A DNA stretch of 64,000 nucleotides from Christensenellales bacterium (GCA_040768905.1 JAXGMA010000001.1:723806-787805), one strand, 5' to 3'; positions 9,241 to 21,388 are shown, counted from the stretch's first letter. Program-made: numbers and translations. Notes: a model not told the origin generated them from the sequence alone.

Positions 9241-9936
9241 CTATTCAAATATCTTTGGCCGACCGAACGTATCCCACGGCTTGTTTTCAATCACGCCGCC
9301 GCGCACGATGTCATTGTAAACGCGCCTGTCAACGGTGCGCTTATAGACAACGCCCACAAAACCGCTGACAGCCTCGTAAATGTGGCCGTGCCGACCGACG
9401 ATGCCCATGTGTACGATACGCCCCTCATCGCCCATGACAAAAACGATGTCACCAGGGCGCAGATCCTCTTTGACAATGGGTGTGCAGTCATCGCGGAAGG
9501 TATCGTGTGCCGTCCTGTCTGTGTATTCTTCGTAAAGATGAAGTTCGTTGACAGCGTACCACCAGAGCCCGCTGCAGTCAAAGGCATAGTCTTCCGGAAA
9601 ATGGTGCCCGCTGAGCTTCGCTTTATCCGCGATGGCGCGCAGGTATTCCACCCTTCCATCGGTCAAGTATTTTGCATACAGCCTGCTTGTCTCGTCAATA
9701 AAGGTGTGTGTGATTTGGTGGCCCTGGCCTCCGAACACATATTTTGCGCCCACACATGAGTCAAGAAAATCAAGCAGTCTTGCGATGTCTCCCTCCGGTT
9801 CAGGCTCGTTAGCATACCGCTGTTCGTAATAAGCGCGCTCACGCTCGGATTCTTCTGCGGTCAGCGGTGCGCATCCTGAAGCCAAAAAAGCTGTCAGAAA
9901 AAGCAACGCCACCATAATTTTCGTGATACTATTCAT
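9241..9936 (-). CDS. NlpC/P60 (C40) cell-wall peptidase lipoprotein
   Basis: MNSITKIMVALLFLTAFLASGC lipobox. FDCSGLWWY catalytic Cys motif with downstream His residues. The track ORF extends to 9996; ATG 9936 gives the canonical lipoprotein signal. Confidence 0.8.
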   Translation of the reverse strand: MNSITKIMVALLFLTAFLASGCAPLTAEESERERAYYEQRYANEPEPEGDIARLLDFLDSCVGAKYVFGGQGHQITHTFIDETSRLYAKYLTDGRVEYLRAIADKAKLSGHHFPEDYAFDCSGLWWYAVNELHLYEEYTDRTAHDTFRDDCTPIVKEDLRPGDIVFVMGDEGRIVHMGIVGRHGHIYEAVSGFVGVVYKRTVDRRVYNDIVRGGVIENKPWDTFGRPKIFE

Positions 9937-10080
9937 GCGCCCCATTATATACAAACAGTCGTTTCTTTTCAATGCCTGTGAAATTCCCCACATCAAATAA
10001 CGAAAGAATATGAAGCAAACCTTTCGGAGAAACTAAAAGAGTACTGGAACAGTATTTAAAATAGAAAAAGGAGCAGTACG

Positions 10081-11220
10081 ATGAAAAAGATTTTCACCGT
10101 TATCATAGCCGCCGCCATGATTATTGCGCTGCCTGCGCCGGCAAAAGCACAAAGCTTTCAATCCACAGCCAAAGCAGCCATCCTCATAGACGCGGCTTCC
10201 GGACACGTTATTTATGAGAAAAATGCAGATGAACAGCTTGCGTGTGCAGGCGTTGCCAAAACAATGTCGATGCTTCTGTTTTTTGAAGCAGAAAAAAACG
10301 GCAGGCTGTCGCTTGGCGATACAGTGTCCATCAGCAAACATGCAGCATCCATGGGCGGCACACAGGTGTTTTTGGATACCAATACCACACATACTGTAGA
10401 AGAGCTGCTCAAAGCCGTGGTGGTGTGCAGCGCCAACGATGCGGCTGTCGCGCTGGCTGAAAAAACGGCAGGCAGCGAGGAAGCCTTTGTGGAGATGATG
10501 AACAAAAAAGCCCAGGTCATGGGGCTTGGTGCCACGTTCGTGAACGCGACAGGCCTTGGAGACAGCCAGAAGATGAGCGCGAGAGATATTGCGGCAGTCT
10601 GCAGCGAACTGGCGCAGTACAGCCTTTTCTTTGAATGGAGCGGAATTTTTATGGATACTTACATCCACCCGGACGGACGCGAGACAGAAATGGTCAACCA
10701 GAACCGGCTTGTGCGTTTTTACGAAGGAAGTGACGGCTTTTCCACGGGGTCATCGGCAGAAGCGGGGTATTGCCTGGCTGCCGGCGTTAAAAGATCCGAC
10801 GGGCGATTTGTGTATGTCTCTTTGGGAACGAACAACAGCACAGCACGTTTTGATGATGCAAAAGCCGCTTTGGATTATGCGTTCGCGGGGTTTACTGCAA
10901 AGACAGTCGTACGCGAAGGCCAGCAGCTTGGCAAGAATCTGGGTGTGACAGGCGGTACGATGCCGTTTATCAACATTTACGCGTCAAAGGATTTTTCGCT
11001 GCTGATCGAAAAAGGCAGAGAGAGCGCCCTTGAAAAGGAGCTTGTTTTACTGGAGCAGATCAGCGCTCCTGTCAAGAAAGGCGATGTCGTGGGGTTCCTT
11101 CGTATCACGATAGACGGCGAAGAGGTTGGCCGTGTCGATGCAGTCACCGGACAAGATGTGGAAGTGCTCGATTTCGGGAATGCTTTTTCGCGCATACTCA
11201 CTTGGTGGCTGTTTGCATAA
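10081..11220 (+). CDS. D-alanyl-D-alanine carboxypeptidase (peptidase S11, DacF-like) homologue with degenerate active-site motifs
   Basis: Signal peptide. HAASMGGTQVFL and VVCSANDAAVALAE align to DacF. The expected ASMTK is AGVAK, and the expected KTG is STG (DGFSTGSS). RBS AAGGAG. Confidence 0.8.
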   Translation: MKKIFTVIIAAAMIIALPAPAKAQSFQSTAKAAILIDAASGHVIYEKNADEQLACAGVAKTMSMLLFFEAEKNGRLSLGDTVSISKHAASMGGTQVFLDTNTTHTVEELLKAVVVCSANDAAVALAEKTAGSEEAFVEMMNKKAQVMGLGATFVNATGLGDSQKMSARDIAAVCSELAQYSLFFEWSGIFMDTYIHPDGRETEMVNQNRLVRFYEGSDGFSTGSSAEAGYCLAAGVKRSDGRFVYVSLGTNNSTARFDDAKAALDYAFAGFTAKTVVREGQQLGKNLGVTGGTMPFINIYASKDFSLLIEKGRESALEKELVLLEQISAPVKKGDVVGFLRITIDGEEVGRVDAVTGQDVEVLDFGNAFSRILTWWLFA

Positions 11221-11280
11221 GCCGGCGGCGTTGACATGCCTGCTCGCTCTGCTGTAGAATGTGGAGGCGGAGGGCTAAAC

Positions 11281-12054
11281 ATGAGGATATTGATTGTCAA
11301 CGATGACGGCATTCATGCCGAAGGAATTAGAACGCTCGCTGCGCATTTATCGCGTTCCCATGATGTGGCTGTCGTGGCACCGGAATCAGAAAAAAGCGCG
11401 ACGGCGCACGCTATCACAATCTATCGTCCGCTGCGTGTTAAGAGTGTTGATCTCTCAGGACTTGAGAGTGTTCCCTGCTTTGCTGTAGACGGATTGCCTG
11501 TGGACTGCACAAAGATCGGCCTTTCCCACTTGATGCATGACGGCGTGGATATGGTTGTTTCCGGCATCAATCACGGTCCGAACCTTGGATCAGATGTGGT
11601 CTATTCTGGCACTGTCGCAGCTGCGCTTGACGCGGTCATTATGGGGTATCCCGCGCTGGCCGTTTCTATTGGGGCGCATCGCCCAAAACATCTTGAAACC
11701 GCAGCAATCATTGCAGTGTCGCTGATTGACAAAGGAGTGGTGGGTAAACCGGATGACGTTCTTTACAATCTCAATGTGCCGGATTTGCCGATAGCAAGCA
11801 TAAAAGGGATCAGAGCTGCGCGGCAGGGGCACACTTTTTATGACCATGCGGTAGAAGTGCGGGACGACCCCCGCGGCAATAAATATATCTGGATGGCAGG
11901 TACATTGCGCGATATCGATACAGATGCAGATACGGATGTCGCGCTGTTGCGTGATGGTTATGCAACGCTTACTCCGGTGAAATATGATCTGACGGCGAAA
12001 GACAAGATGCACGAACTCTCATGCAAGATTGAAAATTTAAAATTGCATTATTGA
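11281..12054 (+). CDS. surE: 5'/3'-nucleotidase SurE
   Basis: MRILIVNDDGIHAEGI, SGINHGPNLG; RBS GGAGGG before ATG 11281 (track ORF starts at 11236). Confidence 0.9.
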   Translation: MRILIVNDDGIHAEGIRTLAAHLSRSHDVAVVAPESEKSATAHAITIYRPLRVKSVDLSGLESVPCFAVDGLPVDCTKIGLSHLMHDGVDMVVSGINHGPNLGSDVVYSGTVAAALDAVIMGYPALAVSIGAHRPKHLETAAIIAVSLIDKGVVGKPDDVLYNLNVPDLPIASIKGIRAARQGHTFYDHAVEVRDDPRGNKYIWMAGTLRDIDTDADTDVALLRDGYATLTPVKYDLTAKDKMHELSCKIENLKLHY

Positions 12055-12104
12055 TTCTTTTGTGATAAATTATATCGTGTAGCCATCTATTTGGAGGTAT
12101 TGTT

Positions 12105-12971
12105 ATGCAGGGCACTGATATTTTAAAGATCATAAAAGACCGGCAAAGCAAAATGAGCAAAGGCCACAAAGCCATTGCAACTTATATCATTGAGCATTAC
12201 GATACAGCCGCATTTATCACGGCATCAAAGCTTGGGGACACCGTAGGCGTGAGCGAATCAACGGTTGTGCGCTTTGCCTCTTCTCTGGGTTACGAAGGTT
12301 ATCCCGAACTGCAAAAAAAGCTGCAGGAACTGATTCGCGCAAGGCTGACCAATGTGCAGCGCATGGGCCTCGGCGGCGATATGTCCGAGGAAGACCTGCT
12401 TCGATGGTCGCTGCGCAATGATATCACCAGTCTGCGCCATATCCGTGAAGTGCTTGACTACAGCATGATCCAAAAAACTGCCGACGCGATCATAAACGCT
12501 GATCATGTGTATATCATGGGGCTGCGTTCGAGTGCTCCGCTTGCGCATTTTTTCTGGTATTATCTTAATTACATCATCAGCAAGACAAGCCTGGTGATTT
12601 CAAGCATCGGCGGTGATATTTTCGGCCAGCTTATGCATGCCAAAGCAGGCGACCTCGTGCTGGCCATCAGCTTCCCGCGCTATTCGTCCCGTACGGTCGA
12701 CGGCGCGGAATTTGCAAAGAATAACGGGGCGAAAATCATCGCGATCACCGACAACGCTTTGGCCCCGCTTGCGCAGATCGCTGATGAGAGTATTTTTGTC
12801 AACTCGGACATGAATCTTTTTGTGGATTCTCTCGTCGCGCCAATGAGTATCTTAAGTGCGCTGATACTGCTTATCGGCATGAGGGAAAAGGATGGTTTAA
12901 AGCACAATTTTGAGATGCTTGAGGATCTGTGGCGCAAGCATGATGTCTACACCGGCAAGGAAGAAAACTGA
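12105..12971 (+). CDS. MurR/RpiR family transcriptional regulator (HTH + SIS domain)
   Basis: N-terminal HTH (IASKLGDTVGVSESTVVRFASSLGYEGY) and a C-terminal SIS-like domain; RBS GGAGG. Confidence 0.85.
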   Translation: MQGTDILKIIKDRQSKMSKGHKAIATYIIEHYDTAAFITASKLGDTVGVSESTVVRFASSLGYEGYPELQKKLQELIRARLTNVQRMGLGGDMSEEDLLRWSLRNDITSLRHIREVLDYSMIQKTADAIINADHVYIMGLRSSAPLAHFFWYYLNYIISKTSLVISSIGGDIFGQLMHAKAGDLVLAISFPRYSSRTVDGAEFAKNNGAKIIAITDNALAPLAQIADESIFVNSDMNLFVDSLVAPMSILSALILLIGMREKDGLKHNFEMLEDLWRKHDVYTGKEEN

Positions 12972-12972
12972 T

Positions 12973-14184
12973 ATGGGCAATGTGTGCGTTGTAGGCGGCG
13001 GGCCTGCAGGCATGATGGCGGCGTACGCTGCGGCGGAAAACGGGCATACGGTGACGCTTTACGAAAAGAATGAAAAACTTGGGAAGAAATTATACCTTAC
13101 TGGCAAAGGGCGCTGCAACTTGACCAATGCGGCCCCGATAGAAGACTTTTTTACCAGCGTCGTGCAGGGCGGCGCTTTTTTGTACAGTGCATTTTATACG
13201 TTTGACAACACACAGCTGATCCAAATGCTCGAACGTTTTGGGATGAAAACAAAAACGGAGCGCGGCGGGCGTGTTTTTCCTTTGACGGACAAATCGAGCG
13301 ATGTGATCAAAGCGCTGTCAAAGGCGCTTAAAAGCGTTGGCGCACGCATAAAGCTCGGCACGAAGATCGATGCGGTGATCATCAACGGCGGCCGCGTTGC
13401 GGGCGTTAAATACTGCGGTGAATGTGAAGCATACGACAGCGTCATCATCGCCACCGGCGGTTTGTCATATACCTCGACGGGCTCAACAGGAGACGGTTAT
13501 ATATTCGCAAAGGCGGCAGGGCATAACATCTCAGCTCTTTATGCTTCTCTTGTCGGCCTTGATACCAGCGAGGATACAACATCGCTTGCAGGCCTCACAC
13601 TGAAAAATGTGACGCTCACTCTGTTTGAAAACAGCCGCAGAGTCTTTCGCGAACAGGGCGAGCTGTTATTTACGCACACAGGCATCTCCGGCCCGCTTGT
13701 GCTTTCCGCGAGTGCACTTATGGGCAGCAAAGGCCCTTTTGAAGCCGATATCGATTTGAAACCTGCGCTCGATCAAAAAATGCTGGATCAACGCCTTTTG
13801 CGTGATTTTGAGGAAAAATCCAACAAAGATTTTGCAGGTGTTCTCGGAGGCCTCGTGCCGTCAAAACTCTCTGCGCTGATCGCAGACAGATCCGGCATAC
13901 ATCTTAAGCAAAAAGCCCATTCGGTCACGCGCGTACAGCGCAGCAGCCTGTGCGCGGTTTTAAAAAGTCTTAAGTTCTCCATAACAGGGAAAAGGCCGCT
14001 TGAGGAGGCGGTGGTCACGCGCGGCGGTGTGGATATCAAACAGATCGACCCTTCCACGATGCAAAGCCGATTGTGTGCCGGGCTTTATTTCGCAGGAGAG
14101 GTCATCGATGTGGATGCTTTGACTGGCGGGTACAACCTTCAGATCGCTTTTTCTACGGGTTATCTTGCGGGAACTAGCTGTTGA
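12973..14184 (+). CDS. NAD(P)/FAD-dependent oxidoreductase, HI0933/BaiN family
   Basis: VVGGGPAGMMAA dinucleotide fold, GKKLYLTGKGRCNLTN, C-terminal GGYNLQIAFSTG. Start at ATG 12973 (track ORF 12910 overlaps the rpiR-like gene). Confidence 0.85.
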   Translation: MGNVCVVGGGPAGMMAAYAAAENGHTVTLYEKNEKLGKKLYLTGKGRCNLTNAAPIEDFFTSVVQGGAFLYSAFYTFDNTQLIQMLERFGMKTKTERGGRVFPLTDKSSDVIKALSKALKSVGARIKLGTKIDAVIINGGRVAGVKYCGECEAYDSVIIATGGLSYTSTGSTGDGYIFAKAAGHNISALYASLVGLDTSEDTTSLAGLTLKNVTLTLFENSRRVFREQGELLFTHTGISGPLVLSASALMGSKGPFEADIDLKPALDQKMLDQRLLRDFEEKSNKDFAGVLGGLVPSKLSALIADRSGIHLKQKAHSVTRVQRSSLCAVLKSLKFSITGKRPLEEAVVTRGGVDIKQIDPSTMQSRLCAGLYFAGEVIDVDALTGGYNLQIAFSTGYLAGTSC

Positions 14185-14209
14185 CATCTTCCCAAGTTTG
14201 TGTTATCAT
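14181..14209 (+). promoter_or_regulatory. SigA-type promoter of infC-rpmI-rplT operon
   Basis: TTGACA (14181-14186), 17-nt spacer, TATCAT (14204-14209). Confidence 0.45.
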
Positions 14210-14215
14210 CCATTT

Positions 14216-14334
14216 GCTTGAAAGAAGGAACTGCCCGTTTCTCACCTGCCGGTTAAGCCAGGCACGGTAAGCATTTTTAAAAAATGAGCAACGGGTCTGT
14301 GTACCCGTTTTTTTATTGGTGTTTGCAAAAAATA
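14216..14334 (+). promoter_or_regulatory. L20-leader-like transcription attenuator upstream of infC
   Basis: Leader between the promoter and infC ends in an intrinsic terminator. An upstream GCCCGTT (14233-14239) duplicates the terminator 3' arm and could pair with AACGGG (14290-14295) as an alternative structure. The position matches the Firmicutes L20 leader. Confidence 0.45.
14289..14316 (+). terminator. Intrinsic terminator inside infC leader
   Basis: AACGGGT (14290-14296) / ACCCGTT (14303-14309), 6-nt loop, then a T-run of about 8. Confidence 0.7.
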
Positions 14335-14346
14335 ATGGAGGTGTTT

Positions 14347-14859
14347 ATAATCGCAAACGAACATCAGATTAACGAGCAGATCAGGGACAAAAGTGTCCGT
14401 GTGATCGGTGATGACGGAGAACAACTCGGCATCATGACTGCGCGTGAGGCGATGGCTATTGCAGAGGAAAAGGGGCTTGATCTTGTCAAGGTTTCACCTG
14501 GCGCACAGCCTCCTGTCTGCAAGATCCTTGACTACGGGAAGTACAGGTTTGAACAGGCGAAAAAGCAGAAGGAAGCAAAGAAGCATCAGCATGTGATCAC
14601 CATCAAAGAAATGCGCCTGTCCATAACGATAGACAAGCACGACCTTGATGTCAAGGCGAAGAACGTCAATAAGTTTTTGATGGCGGGCGATAAAGTCAAG
14701 GTATCGCTGCGCTTCAAAGGGAGACAGATGACACATACCGAAAAAGGAAGACAAATGATGGATCTTTTCTTTTCCATGGTTCAGGATAACGCTGTGATGG
14801 AGAGAAACGCCAAACTTGAAGGCCGGAGTATGTTTATGATATTAGCACCAAAGAACTAA
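14347..14859 (+). CDS. infC: Translation initiation factor IF-3 (probable non-AUG start)
   Basis: INEQIRDKSVRVIGDDGEQLGIM and KEMRLSITIDKHDLDVK are typical of IF-3. GGAGGTG RBS at 14337-14343, followed in frame by ATA (14347) and ATC (14350). The track start 14284 lies upstream of the leader terminator, and ATG 14335 overlaps the RBS. Confidence 0.85.
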   Translation: MIANEHQINEQIRDKSVRVIGDDGEQLGIMTAREAMAIAEEKGLDLVKVSPGAQPPVCKILDYGKYRFEQAKKQKEAKKHQHVITIKEMRLSITIDKHDLDVKAKNVNKFLMAGDKVKVSLRFKGRQMTHTEKGRQMMDLFFSMVQDNAVMERNAKLEGRSMFMILAPKN

Positions 14860-14874
14860 CAAGGAGGACAGACA

Positions 14875-15072
14875 ATGCCAAAAATCAAGACGCACAGAGG
14901 CGCAGCCAAAAGGTTTTCGCTGACTGGAAGCGGAAAAGTGAAAAGAGCCAAGGCTTATAAAAGCCACATCCTGAATAAAAAGAGCACCAAAAGAAAAAGG
15001 AATTTGAGGCAGGGCACTTATATTGTCGCGCAAGAGGAAAAAAATATCAAGCAGCTTATTCCTTACAAATAG
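14875..15072 (+). CDS. rpmI: 50S ribosomal protein L35
   Basis: [14 protein letters not shown]; RBS AGGAGG. Confidence 0.93.
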   Translation: MPKIKTHRGAAKRFSLTGSGKVKRAKAYKSHILNKKSTKRKRNLRQGTYIVAQEEKNIKQLIPYK

Positions 15073-15093
15073 TCAGCATAGGAGGAAACAATA

Positions 15094-15453
15094 ATGGCAA
15101 GAGTCAAAGGGGCTGTCAATGCCCGTAAAAAACACAAAAAAGTTTTAAAGCTCGCAAAAGGATATTTTGGCGCGAAGTCCAAACAGTTCAAAGCTGCCAA
15201 CCAGGCTGTGATGCGTTCTTTGCGCTATGCTTATGTCGGCCGCAAACTGAAGAAAAGAGATTACCGCAGCCTTTGGATCACCCGTATAAATGCTGAGGCC
15301 CGCAACAACGGCTTAAGCTACTCGCGCTTTATCAACGGATTAAAGCTAGCAGGGGTCACCGTCAACAGAAAGCTGCTCGCGGACATGGCCGTCAACGACA
15401 AGACAGCATTTGCCGGTATGGTGAACGTAGCAAAAAAGAAAATCAAAGCTTAA
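15094..15453 (+). CDS. rplT: 50S ribosomal protein L20
   Basis: [26 protein letters not shown]; RBS AGGAGG. Confidence 0.93.
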   Translation: MARVKGAVNARKKHKKVLKLAKGYFGAKSKQFKAANQAVMRSLRYAYVGRKLKKRDYRSLWITRINAEARNNGLSYSRFINGLKLAGVTVNRKLLADMAVNDKTAFAGMVNVAKKKIKA

Positions 15454-15609
15454 AACGAAAACAAGAGGGGCCTTGTAAAAAAGGCTTCTTTTTTATATGC
15501 CGGAGCTATGGAAAACAGACAGAAATGATGATAAAATAACTATAAAGAACAATGCCTCATTGATAAATCCAAAGAATTTGACATACAAAAGAATAAGGGA
15601 GGATGGGAG

Positions 15610-16419
15610 ATGACAAACAATCAGCCGCTGATTTCGATGAATCTGATCAGCACCAAGCTCGGTATTGAAAACGCCATACGTACTTACTACGAAGCCGGAT
15701 ATGAGGGTATCGGTTTGTGGCACGACCAAGTTGATAAATACGGCGTAGAGAGGACTGTACAGCTTCTGAAAAAATTCCCGCTGAAAGTCACGCATTTGAT
15801 TTACGCCGGGCCGTTTAACCAGACAAATGAAAAAGATTACAGAGCCGCACGGGAAGCGGACAAGGAAAAGCTGCGTGTTGCAGAAAAACTGGGCGCCGAC
15901 AGCGTGCTCGCCATGACGGGCTCTATCAACGGCCTCGGGCAGCGTGAAGCATTTCGCCAATTAAACCGCAGCCTGCGTGACCTGGTGGATACCGCAGAGA
16001 AATGCAACGTCAAAATTGGCCTGGAGCCTCTCAATTATATTATTCAGGACGATTCCTTCATTTTTACGCTCAAAGATGCCATGGATATCATTGAGGATAT
16101 TAACCATCCGGCTCTGGGCACTTTTTTGGATGTGTTTCATATCTGGAGCGAGCCCGGGATCATGGAAACGCTCAAACGGGCAAAAGGGAAAATCGTCGGG
16201 TGCCATATATGCGATTTTCGCAGCATCAACCGCTCTGCTTATGACCGTGTGCTCATGGGCGACGGCGTGATCCCGATACGTGAGCTGCTGGAAGCTTTCA
16301 AAGAACAGGGATGGGACAAGTGGTACGATATCGAGATATTCTCTGATGAGCTGTGGGCCATGGAACCAAAAGAGTTCTTGAAACTGGCAAGAGAGAAATA
16401 CGAAAAAATATGGGCATAA
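15610..16419 (+). CDS. Sugar phosphate isomerase/epimerase (xylose-isomerase-like TIM barrel)
   Basis: Length and pattern (GLEPLN, DVFH, ... DIEIF) are typical of the AP-endonuclease-2/xylose-isomerase-like TIM-barrel family; RBS GGGAGG. Confidence 0.72.
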   Translation: MTNNQPLISMNLISTKLGIENAIRTYYEAGYEGIGLWHDQVDKYGVERTVQLLKKFPLKVTHLIYAGPFNQTNEKDYRAAREADKEKLRVAEKLGADSVLAMTGSINGLGQREAFRQLNRSLRDLVDTAEKCNVKIGLEPLNYIIQDDSFIFTLKDAMDIIEDINHPALGTFLDVFHIWSEPGIMETLKRAKGKIVGCHICDFRSINRSAYDRVLMGDGVIPIRELLEAFKEQGWDKWYDIEIFSDELWAMEPKEFLKLAREKYEKIWA

Positions 16420-16420
16420 C

Positions 16421-16447
16421 GGGCTTGATACAAAGCCCTTTTCTTTG
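16421..16447 (+). terminator. Rho-independent terminator
   Basis: GGGCTT-GATACA-AAGCCC followed by TTTTCTTTG, 2 nt after the stop codon. Confidence 0.7.
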
Positions 16448-16589
16448 ATAACAAGAGGCAAGTAAGCGATTGGGTTTTACGCAACAGCGACATTTGTTAA
16501 GGTGTATGTGTGAAGGATGCGGAGCTATATTTGACAGACGCACTGCTTGCATTTATAGTTATACCAGAAATCTTTGAAAGGCAGCCTGA

Positions 16590-17084
16590 ATGCTTATACT
16601 AGGTATTGATCCGGGCCTGGCTCTGATGGGATACGGCTTGATCCGGTTTGATGACAGCCGTTTGCATCTTATTGATTGCGGCGCCATCGTGACTGAGGCG
16701 GGCATGCCGCTGCCGCGCAGGCTCAAGATCATCCATGAAAGCATGCTGACCATCATAAGAAAACATGATCCGGATGCAATAGCGTTTGAGGAGCTGTTCT
16801 CTGGCCGGAATGTCAAAACCGTGATCCAGGTTGCGCAGGCGCGCGGAGCGGCCATGGCGGCTGCTTTTTCTACGGGCGCTATGCTCTATGAGTATACCCC
16901 AATGCAGATCAAACAGGCTATCGTCGGATACGGGCGTGCTGATAAAAAACAGGTACAGCAGATGGTGCGTGTGCTTTTAGGCCTTGACGATGTGATCAGG
17001 CCAGATGATGCGTCTGACGCTGTGGCCTGTGCCATTTGCCATGCACACTCGAGCCGTTTTGCCGACACATTCCGCGTCAGATAG
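16590..17084 (+). CDS. ruvC: Holliday junction resolvase RuvC
   Basis: ILGIDPGLALMGYG, AFEELF, PDDASDAVACAICH. Confidence 0.88.
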   Translation: MLILGIDPGLALMGYGLIRFDDSRLHLIDCGAIVTEAGMPLPRRLKIIHESMLTIIRKHDPDAIAFEELFSGRNVKTVIQVAQARGAAMAAAFSTGAMLYEYTPMQIKQAIVGYGRADKKQVQQMVRVLLGLDDVIRPDDASDAVACAICHAHSSRFADTFRVR

Positions 17085-17095
17085 AGAGGTTTTCA

Positions 17096-17683
17096 ATGTA
17101 CGATTATATTCGCGGTGAGGTTGCAAGCATAGAGAAGGACAGCGCTGTGATAGAGACCGGCGGCATCGGCTACCGCATCTATTCGACTGCGCAGTCGTTG
17201 ATGCGTTTACAGGCGGGGCAGACAGCTAAATTGTACTGCCACTTCGTGGTGAGGGAAGACGCGCACATGCTTTACGGGTTTGTCATGCCTGAAGAAAAAG
17301 AAATGTTCGTGCGTCTGACCGGTGTGTCCGGCATTGGCCCCAAAGCTGCGCTTGCTGTGCTTTCCGCCATGAAAGTCAGCGAACTGGCCGTGGCCATCAT
17401 CACGTCTGACGAAGCTGCGTTTCAAAAAATATCTGGCATAGGCAAAAAAACGGCACAGCGTATCATTATAGACCTTGCGGAAAAGATCCATACGTCCGAG
17501 ATGCTTAACAGCGATACGGGTATGGTTCCCGGCACAGCCGGTGCAGAAGCCGAAGCGATCAGTGCGCTGGTGTCGCTGGGGTATAACCGTGCGGAGGCTA
17601 CGCGTGCCGTCTCTTCTGTCAAAAACCTCGGCGACACAACTGAAGAGCTCATACTGATGGCGTTAAAACGCATAGGCGCATAA
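17096..17683 (+). CDS. ruvA: Holliday junction branch migration protein RuvA
   Basis: MYDYIRGEV start and HhH motifs ([21 protein letters not shown]). The track ORF start 17036 lies inside ruvC. Confidence 0.9.
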   Translation: MYDYIRGEVASIEKDSAVIETGGIGYRIYSTAQSLMRLQAGQTAKLYCHFVVREDAHMLYGFVMPEEKEMFVRLTGVSGIGPKAALAVLSAMKVSELAVAIITSDEAAFQKISGIGKKTAQRIIIDLAEKIHTSEMLNSDTGMVPGTAGAEAEAISALVSLGYNRAEATRAVSSVKNLGDTTEELILMALKRIGA

Positions 17684-17696
17684 AGGAGGGACGATT

Positions 17697-18734
17697 TTGG
17701 ACGAAAACAGGATCGTATCTGCGCAGCACAGTGAAACGGACGATATTAATGATTTGTCGCTGCGTCCCGCTACGCTTGCTGAATATGTCGGGCAGCACAA
17801 AGCCAAGCAAAACCTTAAAATATTCATGCAGGCAGCCAAAAGCCGCGCAGAATCTCTCGACCATGTTTTGCTCTACGGCCCGCCGGGGCTAGGAAAAACA
17901 ACGCTGGCCTATATCATTGCGGCAGAAATGGGTGCCGGGATCCGTGTGACTTCAGGGCCTGCGATAGAGCGGCCGGGCGATCTGGCATCGATACTGACCA
18001 ACTTAAATAAAGGAGACGTGCTGTTTATTGATGAGATCCACCGCTTAAACAGCAGCGTCGAAGAGGTGCTTTATCCGGCGATGGAAGACTTCGCGCTTGA
18101 TATCATCATCGGCAAAGGGCCTTCCGCACGTACGCTACGGCTCGGGCTCCCTTCATTCACGCTTGTGGGGGCAACCACGCGTGCCGGCATGCTTACTTCG
18201 CCTCTGCGCGACCGATTCGGGATCATCAACAGGTTGCAGATTTACAGCGCAGAAGAATTAAGGGATATCATCATGCGTTCAGCGGGCATACTTGGTATAG
18301 CAATAGATGACGATGCAGCACTGGAGATCGCATCGCGTTCTCGGGGAACGCCGCGTATCGCCAACAGGCTGCTAAAGCGCGTGCGAGATTTTTCACAGGT
18401 CAAAGGCGAGGGGCGCGTGACGCTCGCCATGGCGCGGTATGGCCTGGAGCAGCTTGAGGTCGACGAGATCGGTCTTGACGGCGTTGATAAAACGATACTT
18501 GAGGCGATCATTTATAAATTTGACGGGGGGCCGGTGGGGCTTGATACGCTCTGTGCTGCAACCGGCGAGGAGAATGTGACCATAGAAGATATCTATGAGC
18601 CGTTTTTGATACAGCTGGGGTTCATCAACAAAACACCGCGAGGTCGAGTGGCCACACAGCTTGCTTATGCGCATCTGGGCTGTAAGTATAAAAACAGCAC
18701 CCAGCAGCTGAGGATTGACATCACGGAGGAATGA
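17697..18734 (+). CDS. ruvB: Holliday junction branch migration ATPase RuvB
   Basis: [23 protein letters not shown]; TTG start preceded by AGGAGG. Confidence 0.93.
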   Translation: MDENRIVSAQHSETDDINDLSLRPATLAEYVGQHKAKQNLKIFMQAAKSRAESLDHVLLYGPPGLGKTTLAYIIAAEMGAGIRVTSGPAIERPGDLASILTNLNKGDVLFIDEIHRLNSSVEEVLYPAMEDFALDIIIGKGPSARTLRLGLPSFTLVGATTRAGMLTSPLRDRFGIINRLQIYSAEELRDIIMRSAGILGIAIDDDAALEIASRSRGTPRIANRLLKRVRDFSQVKGEGRVTLAMARYGLEQLEVDEIGLDGVDKTILEAIIYKFDGGPVGLDTLCAATGEENVTIEDIYEPFLIQLGFINKTPRGRVATQLAYAHLGCKYKNSTQQLRIDITEE

Positions 18735-20878
<2,144 letters not shown>

Positions 20879-21045
20879 GCTGCACAATAGAGCCTATACA
20901 TAAGCTTTGCGCAAAAAAGCTTTGCGTAATAAAGGATGAAGTTTTTGCAAATAAACAAAGGCTACGCTAAAAAACAGTTGATTATTTGCCTTTTCTCATA
21001 TAATATATGTTAATATGATATTTTTTAAAAAGGTAGGTATACGGA

Positions 21046-21354
21046 ATGGGTACTGGAACTGCAAATGATCTGATGAGCTTTCTGCCGATGATCGGCATTT
21101 TTGTGGTTTTTATTCTTTTGATGGTCATACCACAGAGGAGAAGAAAAAAGCAAATGCAGGCAATGCTCGAAAGCCTCAAGCCGGGAAAGATGATCAAAAC
21201 GATTGGCGGGATTTACGGAAAAATCGTAGCTGTCAAGGAAGACCTTATCACTGTTGAAGTGCTGCCTGACAAAGTGCGTATGGTATTTGCCAAAGGCGCA
21301 GTGGCCACGGTAGAAGATTCGGAGCTTCCGGACAACGAAATCAGCTCAAAGTAA
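21046..21354 (+). CDS. yajC: Preprotein translocase subunit YajC
   Basis: Single TM followed by IPQRRRKKQ and a GDxVxTxGGIxG-like segment (MIKTIGGIYGKIV). queA-tgt-yajC synteny. Confidence 0.85.
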   Translation: MGTGTANDLMSFLPMIGIFVVFILLMVIPQRRRKKQMQAMLESLKPGKMIKTIGGIYGKIVAVKEDLITVEVLPDKVRMVFAKGAVATVEDSELPDNEISSK

Positions 21355-21365
21355 GGCAAACGAAA

Positions 21366-21388
21366 GAAGACCTAAACGGTCTTTTTTT
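21366..21388 (+). terminator. Terminator between convergent yajC and rqcH
   Basis: AAGACC-TAAAC-GGTCTT followed by T7; overlaps the rqcH stop codon. Confidence 0.65.

Noticed and set aside
10033-10668. 211-aa ORF antisense to the DacF-like gene
   Set aside because: A shadow ORF. The plus-strand gene has a signal peptide, an RBS and family motifs.
14284-14346. Track start of infC at 14284, and the in-frame ATG at 14335
   Set aside because: Position 14284 is upstream of an intrinsic terminator that would lie inside the CDS. ATG 14335 overlaps the only RBS. A non-AUG start after the RBS is more consistent with IF-3 biology.
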